Shown: positions 47,530-56,485 of the stretch, piece by piece | Position numbering within the stretch: position 1 is the first letter of the stretch | Layout: every line of letters begins with the position of its first letter | Notes under the pieces: generated by a model | What the model was told of the DNA's origin: nothing | Seen by the model: the letters and a program-made list of their open reading frames with translations, nothing else | Database searches by the model: none | Position numbers and translations under genes: made by a program | IMG/VR virus record: IMGVR_UViG_3300027518_000004 | Length of the DNA stretch: 64,000 nucleotides | Origin: a virus | Reading direction: 5' to 3' (one strand)

Positions 47530-47865
47530 CGGGGCCAGTGTGCCTTTTCTGATAAAGAGAATCAATTATTTGAGTGGGGTTATTATATAAAAGATAGATG
47601 GGTTCTTTATGACCTGGTTGTTTTTGAGCCTGGATTTAGAGGAAATAAAGACCATATAATCGAGATTTTAGAATATAATGGCCCGTTTCATTATACCGAA
47701 CAGGATGTTATCGAAAGAGGTGACCAAAAAGCCACACCATGGAAAAAGAGTAAACTAACAATAAAAGAAAGTTACCAAATAGACAAATTAAAAGAAAAGT
47801 TTGCAAGAACCCTGACCGATAAGTTTACGGTGATCTGGCCTAAACGATATCACTCCAATGAATAA
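47530..47865 (+). pseudogene. Start-less 111-codon frame, Vsr/DUF559-like (PD-(D/E)xK) endonuclease remnant
   Basis: Hand translation: RGQCAFSDKENQLFEWGYYIKDRWVLYDLVVF...EILEYNGPFHY...IDKLKEKFARTLTDKFTVIW. The upstream GTG at 47515 is separated by an in-frame TGA at 47527. Confidence 0.6.
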
Positions 47866-47869
47866 AACC

Positions 47870-47893
47870 AAAGCGCCTTTTAGGCGCTTTTTT
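47870..47893 (+). terminator. Rho-independent terminator
   Basis: AAAGCGCCT-TTT-AGGCGCTTT-TTT. Confidence 0.85.
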
Positions 47894-47897
47894 ATTA

Positions 47898-47904
47898 CTA
47901 AATA
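47898..47904 (+). promoter_or_regulatory. Late promoter CTAAATA
   Basis: Directly after the terminator, 20 nt before the ATG at 47925. Confidence 0.65.
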
Positions 47905-47924
47905 ACTAAAATAAATTTAGTAAA

Positions 47925-48506
47925 ATGCGCAAGTTAGTCAATTTTCTTGTTGAAGAAAAATATTGTAATACACAATCTGAGGCCATAAAAATCCTAGAAA
48001 GCGTTAGTGATGAGTTTTATAATTATTTAATTGAAGCTGAAATTTCTGCAACAGATTTAATAAATACATCTAATAGACAACTGAGACAGGAATTATCTAA
48101 ACGATCTCCGAATCCAAAACTCATTCTTCATCTTACAAAAAAAATAAAAGGTCTTAGAGGTCCTGCATCTGCAGAATCAGCACAGCGACCAAAAACAAGT
48201 AAAGGATTATCACCAACTCCAACTGGACGGGGTGGCAGAAGAGTTCAAAAACCTGGAGATCAAATTTCTACTATTGGAACAACAGCAGGAATACAAAGAA
48301 CAGATACTGGAAAATATTCTAGAGCGGCTACTATTTTAACCGGAACCTCTCCAGAATCAAGAGGCAGACAAAGTGTAGATAGCGGAAGAACTCGAACATC
48401 TGAACTAGTTGGAGATAGATTTACTGATAAAGCTGTTTTTGGGGCGGGGGGAACAAATCAGGCAAGATCTGGTGGAACAAGAGGAGTAAGAACCCGTAAC
48501 GGGTAA
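47925..48506 (+). CDS. Acidic-module / basic-segment family protein
   Basis: MRKLVNFLVEEKYCNTQSEAIKILESVSDEFYNYLIE|AEIS followed by an R/G/T-rich tail. Confidence 0.78.
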   Translation: MRKLVNFLVEEKYCNTQSEAIKILESVSDEFYNYLIEAEISATDLINTSNRQLRQELSKRSPNPKLILHLTKKIKGLRGPASAESAQRPKTSKGLSPTPTGRGGRRVQKPGDQISTIGTTAGIQRTDTGKYSRAATILTGTSPESRGRQSVDSGRTRTSELVGDRFTDKAVFGAGGTNQARSGGTRGVRTRNG

Positions 48507-48516
48507 TATAATAAAA

Positions 48517-49725
48517 ATGAAAAAATACCTTGAATTTATATTAGAAGCCAGAGCATCTAGAGCCAGCCAAAAAGCATCTCAGCTTAACCTCAAAAGCGAT
48601 GGACATGGATACTGGGTTGACTCTGCAAATAGAGTTGTTGCAAAAACAGTAAAGGGTGATTTGGTATTTGTAAAAAAGAAATCGCCATCAGCCGAAAAGT
48701 CTCAAGTTGCTCCTCCAGCAGCAAGACCTTCTCTGAGACAAGATGAGCCCCTACAAAAGAGAGTTGCACCGCAAAGGCAAGCACCGCAGCCAGAGGAACA
48801 ACCTGCCGCACCAGAACCGGAAGTTCTTAATGTCCTCACGGCTGTATTTGGTAGATTTAATCCACCAACAATTGGACATGAAAAGTTATTAAGAAAAGCC
48901 AAACAAATAGCCCAAGGGGGGGATTTAAAAATATATCCATCTAGAATGACTGGAGATCTTGCTAATCCGTTAGATCCCAAAACAAAAATTTTTTATATGA
49001 GAAAATCATATCCTCAATTTGATGAAAATATTATTAACAATGATGATATGAAAACTATTTTTGATGTCCTAAAAAGAGCAGATCTTGATGGTTATGATGC
49101 AGTTAATTTAGTCACTGGTTCAAAACGAAAAGCCGAATTTGAGCGTCTATCAAAACAATATAATGGAGAAATTTATGATTTACAAGATATTAAAATAATT
49201 CCACTTGATAGTGAAGATCCTGATTTAGAAAATAGCCCGAATCCAACATCATCAGCAGCCTTGAGAAAAGCCGCCTCTGAAGATGATTTTTTCTCTTTCC
49301 AGAGAGGCATTTCAAAAAAGTTAGATCCTAAACAACAAAAAAATCTCTTCTTTGCTGTACAAAAAGCTCTAAGTGGAGAAAAAGAAGAGTCCTGGAAGAT
49401 ATCACCAGAAGAAAATTATGAGATTCTTAAAGAAGCGTATTACCAAGAAAAAATTTATAGGACGGGTGATATTATTGAAAACTTTAATACTGGTCTGAGT
49501 GGCAAAATCATAAGAAGAGGGCCAAATTATGTTATTTGCGTAAATGAAAACTTAAATGTAATGTTTAAATCTTGGATTACCGACATTAGAGAATGGACTG
49601 ATGTTTCTGGAGTTCCACCAGAACAAAGAGAAGTAGGAACAGATGCTTATCTAAATTATGTAATGAAGATGACGGGAACAAAGGTAATCCAAAACTTTTT
49701 AGAGAAGAGAAAAAAAACTAAATAA
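48517..49725 (+). CDS. HIGH-motif nucleotidyltransferase ('cytidyltransferase'-like of T4-like cyanophages)
   Basis: FGRFNPPTIGH, SSAALR and C-terminal GKIIRRGPNYVI motifs. Confidence 0.88.
   Translation: MKKYLEFILEARASRASQKASQLNLKSDGHGYWVDSANRVVAKTVKGDLVFVKKKSPSAEKSQVAPPAARPSLRQDEPLQKRVAPQRQAPQPEEQPAAPEPEVLNVLTAVFGRFNPPTIGHEKLLRKAKQIAQGGDLKIYPSRMTGDLANPLDPKTKIFYMRKSYPQFDENIINNDDMKTIFDVLKRADLDGYDAVNLVTGSKRKAEFERLSKQYNGEIYDLQDIKIIPLDSEDPDLENSPNPTSSAALRKAASEDDFFSFQRGISKKLDPKQQKNLFFAVQKALSGEKEESWKISPEENYEILKEAYYQEKIYRTGDIIENFNTGLSGKIIRRGPNYVICVNENLNVMFKSWITDIREWTDVSGVPPEQREVGTDAYLNYVMKMTGTKVIQNFLEKRKKTK
49718..49724 (+). promoter_or_regulatory. Late promoter CTAAATA
   Basis: At the end of the upstream gene, 21 nt before the ATG at 49746. 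Confidence 0.6.
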
Positions 49726-49745
49726 TAGTAAAAAGTAATAGAATT

Positions 49746-51158
49746 ATGTCAGAAAAAATTGTCAATGCCCTTGCTGAAATGAAAAGGGTATATATCGAGG
49801 AAGTTTCTCACAATAACCTTCTTCAGCAAAGGATTGATGAAGAATTTGTTCAGATTCAAGAGTATAAAAAACCAAGATTAGATCCTGTAGGACAAGAGGA
49901 TGATGACATTGATAATGATGGGGATTCAGATGAAACTGATTCATATTTATCAAACAGAAGAAAAGTAAGATTCAAAGCAATTAACAAAGAAGACGAAGAA
50001 GAGGAAGACGAAGAAGAGGAAGACGAAGAAGAGGAAGACGAAGAGGAAGAAGAAGAAAACTCTACTAAGAAAAAGAAAAAATCAGTAAAGGAAAGTCGGT
50101 ATTATAGCTGGCGAGATACTATTGACGAAAATACTCTTTGGGAAATTGTTGATTCCGAAGAGCAGAAACAAATTAAAGAAAAAAATGTTAACAATTACAA
50201 TGGTAAAAATCCGGTTGTAACAATTAATCCAGAAGTTAAAACCGAATCATTTTTACTTGACGTTGAAGAATTAGATGAGGACTTTATTCAAGAGTCTATT
50301 AATATTGTTTCTGATTATCTTTGTGAGGAGGGGCTGACACTTGATGAAATTCAAAATCTCATTGATGAAATTGGTGTTGAAGAATTTTCTGAGTGGGTCT
50401 TAGAGTTTGGTTATAATACCATCTGTGAAGAAGCCGTACAAGGAGAACTTCTTACAAGTAAAGGAAAAGCGAGAAAATCTCCAAAAATAACAAGTCAAAC
50501 CGGATCTGCTTCTGTCATTAAACACACTCCATCTAAATCATCTTCAGATAGTGAAACAGAACGTTCTCCATCTCCTGGCCAGTTATCTATAAATTTTTCA
50601 AATAAAAAAACAAATCTTCCCCCAGGTCAACAAAGAATTATTGATAATTTAAAATCAGCAGAAAAAAGAAAAGAAGTAGCAGGTAGACTTAAAGATACTG
50701 TTGCTAGGGGGGTCCTCTCCGCCCTTAAAGGGCATAGTAAAGCAATGGATATTAAAAAATCTGGTGGGACTATTGCTCAACAATTAGGCGGGGGCGCGGG
50801 CGCTGCTCTGGGTAGTTTTTTTTCTCGCGGAAATTCTCAATTCAGGGAATGGGTAGAAGATCTCCTTCAAGAAGGGTATGATCTTTCTGAATATACATGG
50901 GATGAGCTTTATGAAGAATATGAAGAACTTTATGAGAAGGCTGTTTCTGAGCAACAACAAAAACTTTTTGGCCTGGCTCTTTCAGTAAAGCGCGGTGAAA
51001 CCTCAAGAAATAAAGTTAGCAAAGAGGTTTTAAAAATTGTTGATACGATGTCAGAAAAACAAATTCGTAAGTATGCTAAAACTTCTCATGAAGGCATCCC
51101 AGAGAAAAAAGAAGAATTGGCCGAAAAGGTAATTGAATTTATCAGAGAAAATTATTAA
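49746..51158 (+). CDS. Modular acidic protein of the same family (470 aa)
   Basis: Contains EWVEDLLQEGYDLSEYTWDELYEEY and VSDYLCEEG modules, a poly-acidic tract, and a C-terminal KAVSEQQQKLFG...YAKTSHEGIPEK module. Confidence 0.8.
   Translation: MSEKIVNALAEMKRVYIEEVSHNNLLQQRIDEEFVQIQEYKKPRLDPVGQEDDDIDNDGDSDETDSYLSNRRKVRFKAINKEDEEEEDEEEEDEEEEDEEEEEENSTKKKKKSVKESRYYSWRDTIDENTLWEIVDSEEQKQIKEKNVNNYNGKNPVVTINPEVKTESFLLDVEELDEDFIQESINIVSDYLCEEGLTLDEIQNLIDEIGVEEFSEWVLEFGYNTICEEAVQGELLTSKGKARKSPKITSQTGSASVIKHTPSKSSSDSETERSPSPGQLSINFSNKKTNLPPGQQRIIDNLKSAEKRKEVAGRLKDTVARGVLSALKGHSKAMDIKKSGGTIAQQLGGGAGAALGSFFSRGNSQFREWVEDLLQEGYDLSEYTWDELYEEYEELYEKAVSEQQQKLFGLALSVKRGETSRNKVSKEVLKIVDTMSEKQIRKYAKTSHEGIPEKKEELAEKVIEFIRENY
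49989..50045 (+). repeat. Tandem 15-nt repeat GAAGACGAAGAAGAG (EDEEE), about 3.8 copies
   Basis: Read directly from the sequence. Confidence 0.9.
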
Positions 51159-51160
51159 TC

Positions 51161-51167
51161 CTAAATA
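51161..51167 (+). promoter_or_regulatory. Late promoter CTAAATA
   Basis: Before the AAAGGGAG RBS and the ATG at 51201. Confidence 0.6.
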
Positions 51168-51200
51168 ACTATACCCACTACTAAAAAGGGAGATTCAAAA

Positions 51201-51371
51201 ATGAAATTCAATCTAGTTCTCATTTTCGCTCAAAAAGTAGTTGATTATTTCTGGCAATCCAGAGAAGTAAAAGAATTTGTTGTTCATCTTTTAGATCGTT
51301 ATGCCAAGTCTACCGATACTGATGTCGATAACATGGTCGTTGATCTTGTTCGCAAAAAACTCTTAGGTTGA
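51201..51371 (+). CDS. Conserved small protein (56 aa, STDxxxD motif), not in the ORF track
   Basis: MKFNLVLIFAQKVVDYFWQSREVKEFVVHLLDRYAKSTDTDVDNMVVDLVRKKLLG; good RBS; followed by a terminator. Confidence 0.8.
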   Translation: MKFNLVLIFAQKVVDYFWQSREVKEFVVHLLDRYAKSTDTDVDNMVVDLVRKKLLG

Positions 51372-51373
51372 TG

Positions 51374-51399
51374 AAAAAGGGGGGAATTTCCCCCCTTTT
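51374..51399 (+). terminator. Terminator (potentially bidirectional)
   Basis: AAAAAGGGGG-GAATTT-CCCCCTTTTT. Confidence 0.8.
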
Positions 51400-51413
51400 A
51401 ATTTATAATTCTA

Positions 51414-51420
51414 CTAAATA
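51414..51420 (+). promoter_or_regulatory. Late promoter CTAAATA
   Basis: Intergenic, before the ATG at 51451. Confidence 0.6.
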
Positions 51421-51450
51421 ATTTTATAACTTTAAAATAGGAAAATAGCT

Positions 51451-51966
51451 ATGTCTCTCTGGGGATTAAAAGACAATATTGGTTCTAACGGAACAGTATC
51501 TCTCAATTATTCTACTTTAGTTGTTACCGGCGCAGGTACTTCTTTTGGTCAAACCGGAGCTGCTAGTACTGGTGATGTAATTCGGTTTGGCGATAGAGCG
51601 GGTGTTTATTTCGGTGATGCTGTAATTGTTGGTATCGCAAGCACTACTCAACTCTCTATTGCAAGCACTACTAATCTAAGTGGATCCGCGATTGCATCTA
51701 CCGCGTTTTCAATTAGTCAACTTCCAAAGTATACTACATTAGATCCATATTACGGTGAACGTAATACTAATTACGACGCATATGTTTATGGTGTTGCTGG
51801 AGGTGGAGCCGCCGCATCAAAAACTACTAGATATGAGATTACACACCAAGGCTGGGTAGGTGTTACAACTTATATGTGTGATGGTCAACTTAGAGTTAAG
51901 GCTGAAACTCTAGTCGCAATGTCTGGAATAGAAACTGGAAATACACCTGTTTATCCTCCTGCTTGA
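51451..51966 (+). CDS. Virion structural protein (MSLWG-type, fibre/decoration-like)
   Basis: MSLWG N-terminus, HQGWVGVTTY...LRVKAETLVAMS C-terminus. Confidence 0.75.
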   Translation: MSLWGLKDNIGSNGTVSLNYSTLVVTGAGTSFGQTGAASTGDVIRFGDRAGVYFGDAVIVGIASTTQLSIASTTNLSGSAIASTAFSISQLPKYTTLDPYYGERNTNYDAYVYGVAGGGAAASKTTRYEITHQGWVGVTTYMCDGQLRVKAETLVAMSGIETGNTPVYPPA

Positions 51967-51975
51967 TAATTAATA

Positions 51976-52356
51976 ATGTTCTTTAATGAATTGAATGAAG
52001 AAAACTTTCTTCTTTTTGCAATAAAAAATTATAATAATCCACAAGGGTTAACCGAAGAAGATTTTTATAAAGATTTAAATCATTTTAAATATATTAAAAG
52101 ACATTTAACAAAGTATAGCACTACTGGCATTTTAAAAATGCAGCTAATACTTAAACATTTTATTATACTTTATAATATTTTTGGAGATGCAGCAACTCCA
52201 ATGCTGTTTTTTAAGGTTCCAAAAGAACTTTGGAACACTATTAAGACTTTTGTTGTATTTCTCAACAGATTACCCGATTATCCTAAGTGTTTTATACATG
52301 ATATTGAAATAGATATATTTTGTATGGAAAAATTACAAGAGCTGACTAATAACTGA
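51976..52356 (+). CDS. Conserved T4-like hypothetical protein
   Basis: ELNEENFLLFAIKNYNNP...FKYIKR...HFIILYNIFG. Confidence 0.8.
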   Translation: MFFNELNEENFLLFAIKNYNNPQGLTEEDFYKDLNHFKYIKRHLTKYSTTGILKMQLILKHFIILYNIFGDAATPMLFFKVPKELWNTIKTFVVFLNRLPDYPKCFIHDIEIDIFCMEKLQELTNN

Positions 52357-52427
52357 GTGATCGTTAGAAAATCAATAGAGTTTGTAAAATTTTATTGTTT
52401 TTTATTACTATATTTAACATAACTTTA

Positions 52428-52434
52428 CTAAATA
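52428..52434 (+). promoter_or_regulatory. Late promoter CTAAATA
   Basis: 29 nt before the ATG at 52464. Confidence 0.55.
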
Positions 52435-52463
52435 GACTGAGTTATATAATTTTAAAACTTTCT

Positions 52464-52709
52464 ATGGATTTTAATAATTATAAGATCGAAGAAATTATAA
52501 AACTAGTAAGAGAGGAAATGACTGTGGCAAACGCGCCGGGTCAATCTGGGGGATTTGGTGAGCTTTCCCCTAAAGAAGGTCCTACTGCGGGCTATACTCA
52601 ACCAATGTTTGGGCTTCCTGTAAGAAGAAATGGAAGGCTCGATGTTCGTAATCCATTCGTTAAAAAATATAGAATGTTACTTACCTCTCTTGGGTTAATT
52701 ACTAAATAA
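52464..52709 (+). CDS. Small late protein (81 aa) with a gp23 N-arm-like segment
   Basis: The ATG at 52464 is preferred over the TTG at 52395; contains REE|MTVANAPGQSGGF...GPTAGY. Confidence 0.75.
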   Translation: MDFNNYKIEEIIKLVREEMTVANAPGQSGGFGELSPKEGPTAGYTQPMFGLPVRRNGRLDVRNPFVKKYRMLLTSLGLITK

Positions 52710-52734
52710 TTAATATAATTGATGCTAAAAGTGA

Positions 52735-52741
52735 ATAAATA
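52735..52741 (+). promoter_or_regulatory. Late promoter ATAAATA
   Basis: 20 nt before the ATG at 52762. Confidence 0.55.
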
Positions 52742-52761
52742 ATCTCTCACTTTAAGCAACC

Positions 52762-53241
52762 ATGTCAGAAGATTTAATAAGAGTCGCTGTTTTAGAGCAA
52801 AGAGTAGCAGACCTAAAGGAAATAGTTTTAAAAGTTGATGATGCAATAGAAAAAATTAGTCAAGTCAATATTAACTTGACTAAAATGATTGCTGTGCATG
52901 AAGAAAAATTTGAAGTTAGAGAAAAATCAGAAAGAAGTATAAATGGTAAAATAGATGATATTTATGAAAAAATGGAGAAAGATCATAAAAATGTTCTAAA
53001 TGAAATTCATAAAGTTAATACTACACTAGAAAAGGTAGAGCAAAACGTAGATAAAAGGCTAACTAAAGTAGAAGATGGCCAAACAAACATTAACTTAAAG
53101 TTGGCTGCTGTTGCGGCTTGTGCGCTATTTATTGGATTTATTATACAAAATTCTGGATTTTTTGTTAAAATTCTTTCTGATGAGGAAAAGGCCTTGACAA
53201 ATCCAACTCCCCCTGCTATGGTGGATCTGAAAGCTCGATAA
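52762..53241 (+). CDS. Coiled-coil protein with a C-terminal hydrophobic segment
   Basis: RVAVLEQR...MIAVHEEK heptads; LAAVAACALFIGFII membrane-like segment; conserved position before primase. Confidence 0.78.
   Translation: MSEDLIRVAVLEQRVADLKEIVLKVDDAIEKISQVNINLTKMIAVHEEKFEVREKSERSINGKIDDIYEKMEKDHKNVLNEIHKVNTTLEKVEQNVDKRLTKVEDGQTNINLKLAAVAACALFIGFIIQNSGFFVKILSDEEKALTNPTPPAMVDLKAR
53194..53222 (+). promoter_or_regulatory. Sigma70-like promoter for primase-nrdAB
   Basis: TTGACA-17 nt-TATGGT with TGn. Confidence 0.75.
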
Positions 53242-53255
53242 AAAGTTTTTATATT

Positions 53256-54218
53256 GTGGATTTTATTGATGAGAGTTTTATTGAACGAGTTTCTTCAAGG
53301 CTACAAAATTATAAAAAAGTAAAACCAAAACTTTATAATTTTAGATGTCCTTTTTGTGGAGATTCTTCCAGGTCTAAGAGAAAAGCCAGAGGATATTTAT
53401 ATCCTGTAAACAATAACACAAATTATAAATGCCACAATTGTGGCATAAGTATTTCTTTTAATAATTTCTTAAAAGAGATTGACCCGATTCTTTATAAGGA
53501 GTTTTCAATTGAAAAATATAGAGCAGGATTTACTGGTAAAAACTTTGTTGTTGAATCACCAAAGTTTGATATAAAAACTCCGGTATTTAGAGAGAAAATT
53601 TCTTTGCCAAAAGCATCTTCTGATACTCAAGCAAAAGAATACTTGGAGAAGAGGAAGTTAGATCCTAATTTATATTATTATGCGGATGATTTCAGTAAAT
53701 GGGTTAACTCAATTACTGAAGAACCCAACTTAAAATCTGAGCCTAGAATAGTAATACCTTTGTACTATAATAAGGCTTTAATCGGAGTTCAGGGCAGATC
53801 CATAGGTCCTTCTCCGATTAAATATATAACAATTATGTTTAATAAAGATGCCCCAAAAATTTATAACTATGATTCAATAGATAAGGAAAATCTTGTTTAT
53901 GTTTTAGAGGGTCCTTTTGATTCATATTTTATAAAAAATTCAATAGCAATGTGTGGGGCCGATATAGATTTAAAAAATCTAAATATCTATTACCCGGTCT
54001 ATGTTTATGATAACGAACCCCGCAATAAAGAAATCCATGACAGAATGTCAAAGGCAATTCAACGAGGGTATTCGATCGTAATATGGCCAGAAACAATAAA
54101 AGAAAAGGACGTTAATGATGCTGTTTTAGCTGGTATTGATGTTCAAGACGTTTTGTCTAAAAATGTTTATAGAGACTTAGAAGCACAACTCAAATTTAAC
54201 TTTTGGAAGAAAAAATGA
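53256..54218 (+). CDS. gp61: DNA primase gp61
   Basis: CPFCGD...CHNCG zinc finger, QGRS, EGPFD and YDNE TOPRIM motifs. Confidence 0.95.
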   Translation: MDFIDESFIERVSSRLQNYKKVKPKLYNFRCPFCGDSSRSKRKARGYLYPVNNNTNYKCHNCGISISFNNFLKEIDPILYKEFSIEKYRAGFTGKNFVVESPKFDIKTPVFREKISLPKASSDTQAKEYLEKRKLDPNLYYYADDFSKWVNSITEEPNLKSEPRIVIPLYYNKALIGVQGRSIGPSPIKYITIMFNKDAPKIYNYDSIDKENLVYVLEGPFDSYFIKNSIAMCGADIDLKNLNIYYPVYVYDNEPRNKEIHDRMSKAIQRGYSIVIWPETIKEKDVNDAVLAGIDVQDVLSKNVYRDLEAQLKFNFWKKK

Positions 54219-56485
54219 ACGAGGAAATTAATGTAAAAAAACGCAATGGCGGTATTGAGCCATTGCTGCTATCAAAACTTCATGAGATGGTTCAATGCTC
54301 TTGTGATGGACTCTCTGGGGTTTCTGTATCTCAAGTAGAAATGGCTTCTGGGATTCAGTTTTATGATGGGATTACTACTAATGAGATTCAAGAAATTCTT
54401 ATTAAATCCGCATCTGATTTAATTTCTTTGGATCATCCAAACTATCAGTATGTTGCGGCTAGACTTCTTCTTTTTTCAATCAGGAAGAAAATTTATGGTG
54501 GTAGAATTGATCTACCCCATCTCAGCGAGCATATTAAAAAATGTGTAGAACTTGGTGTTTATGATTCGGCCATTTATGATAATTATACCGAGGAAGAACT
54601 AGACGAGGCTAATTCTTTTATTGATCATGATCGGGATTTGCTGTTTACTTATGCAGGTCTTCGACAAGTAGTTGATAAGTATCTTGTGCAAAATCGTTTA
54701 ACAAAAAATGTACATGAAACTCCACAGTTTATGTATATTATGGTGGCTCTTACTGGGTTTTCTAATTATCCCAAAGACAAAAGGATGTCTTATGTAAAGC
54801 GTTATTATGACGCAATCAGTACCCATAAAATTAATATTCCTACACCAATTCTTGCTGGGGTGAGAACTCCATTACGTCAATTCGCATCTTGTACTCTTAT
54901 TACTTGTGGTGATTCTCTTGAGTCTATTATTGCAACAGATTCTGCTCTTATGCGGTATGTAGCAAATCGTGCTGGTATTGGTCTTGGAATTGGGAGAGTT
55001 AGGGGTATTGGAAGTTCTATTAGAAATGGTGAAGTAATCTCAACAGGACAAGTTCCTTTTATTCGTAAGTTTCAATCTTCTTTAGAATCTTGTCACCAAG
55101 GGGGTCTAAGGAAAGGTAGTGCCACGGTACATTCGGTTATTTGGCATCAAGAGATTGAAGATATTATTGTTCTAAAAAATAATAAAGGAAATGAAGAAAA
55201 TAGGGCTAGAAATATGGATTACTCTATTGCTATTTCTAAAATATTTTATGAAAGATTTATTAGGAACGAAAATATAACTTTATTTTCACCCCACAATGTT
55301 CCAGGACTTTATGATGTATTTGGCACACCAAAATTTGATGATCTTTATGTAAAGTATGAAAATGATCCTAATATTCCTAAAAAAGTTGTTTCGGCTCAAG
55401 AATTAATTATCGCTTTATTAAACGAGAGAAGTGAAACTGGAAGAATTTATATTCTTAATATCGATCATGCTAATGAACATAGCCCTTTCAAGGATACTCT
55501 AGAGATTAGCAATTTGTGCCAAGAGGTGATTTTGCCGGTTAAGCCTCTAGAGCACATCGATGATACAAATGGAGAAATAGCACTTTGTATTTTATCAGCC
55601 CTAAACGTTGGTAAAATCAAAACTGAAAGGGAGATGGAAGAGTGTTGTGATCTTTCTGTTAGGTTTTTGGATGAGTTAATTGATTTTCAGAATTATCCTG
55701 TGAAGGCGGCAGAAATTTCTACAAAAAATCGTAGATCTTTGGGAGTAGGAATTATTGGGTTGGCTCATTATCTTGCTAAATTGGGAGTTTCTTATGAAGA
55801 ACAAGGTGCATGGGATGCTTGTCATAGATTAGCAGAAACTATTCAATATTATCTTCTAAAAGCCTCTTGTCAATTAGCCCAGGAGAAGGGACCTTGTGAA
55901 TATTTTAGTCGATTAAAATATTCTGATGGAATTCTTCCTATTGATACTTATAAAAAAGATGTTGATGAAATTTCTTCTGTTCCTTATCAACATGATTGGG
56001 AAGAACTTAGAAAAAATATTGTTAAAAATGGTCTCCGTAATTCTACATTGACTTGTGGAATGCCAAGTGAGGCATCAAGTGTCTGCTCTAATGCTACTAA
56101 TGGGTTTGAGCCACCGAGGGAATTTATGTCTATTAAACGTAGATTAAAACAAATTGTCCCTCAGTATTCTACATTGAAAAATAATTATACTCTTCTTTGG
56201 GAAATGAAATCAAATAAGGGATATTTGAACGTGATTGCGGTTGTACAAAAATTCTTTGACCAAGCAATTAGTGTAAATTGGAGTTATAACCCAGAGAATT
56301 ATCCAGATAAAATGGTTCCAATGTCTGAAATTGTAAGTGATTTTCTCTATTCATACAAAACAGGCGCAAAAACAGCATATTATCTTAATACTTATGATGG
56401 AACCAAGGACAATAAAATAGTTGAAGATTTAATTAACGATATTTTAAATGAAGAGGAGGAATCATGTGATGGATGCACAATCTAA
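54215..56485 (+). CDS. nrdA: Class Ia ribonucleotide reductase alpha subunit with ATP cone
   Basis: VKKRNG ATP cone, PTPILAG, ASCTLI, SNLCQE, MPSEASS, C-terminal CDGC; ATGA overlap with primase. Confidence 0.96.
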   Translation: MNEEINVKKRNGGIEPLLLSKLHEMVQCSCDGLSGVSVSQVEMASGIQFYDGITTNEIQEILIKSASDLISLDHPNYQYVAARLLLFSIRKKIYGGRIDLPHLSEHIKKCVELGVYDSAIYDNYTEEELDEANSFIDHDRDLLFTYAGLRQVVDKYLVQNRLTKNVHETPQFMYIMVALTGFSNYPKDKRMSYVKRYYDAISTHKINIPTPILAGVRTPLRQFASCTLITCGDSLESIIATDSALMRYVANRAGIGLGIGRVRGIGSSIRNGEVISTGQVPFIRKFQSSLESCHQGGLRKGSATVHSVIWHQEIEDIIVLKNNKGNEENRARNMDYSIAISKIFYERFIRNENITLFSPHNVPGLYDVFGTPKFDDLYVKYENDPNIPKKVVSAQELIIALLNERSETGRIYILNIDHANEHSPFKDTLEISNLCQEVILPVKPLEHIDDTNGEIALCILSALNVGKIKTEREMEECCDLSVRFLDELIDFQNYPVKAAEISTKNRRSLGVGIIGLAHYLAKLGVSYEEQGAWDACHRLAETIQYYLLKASCQLAQEKGPCEYFSRLKYSDGILPIDTYKKDVDEISSVPYQHDWEELRKNIVKNGLRNSTLTCGMPSEASSVCSNATNGFEPPREFMSIKRRLKQIVPQYSTLKNNYTLLWEMKSNKGYLNVIAVVQKFFDQAISVNWSYNPENYPDKMVPMSEIVSDFLYSYKTGAKTAYYLNTYDGTKDNKIVEDLINDILNEEEESCDGCTI

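Noticed and set aside
54203-54218. Primase-NrdA fusion by -1 slip at G_AAA_AAA
   Set aside because: Not an X_XXY_YYZ heptamer; the ATGA overlap explains the junction as ordinary translational coupling.
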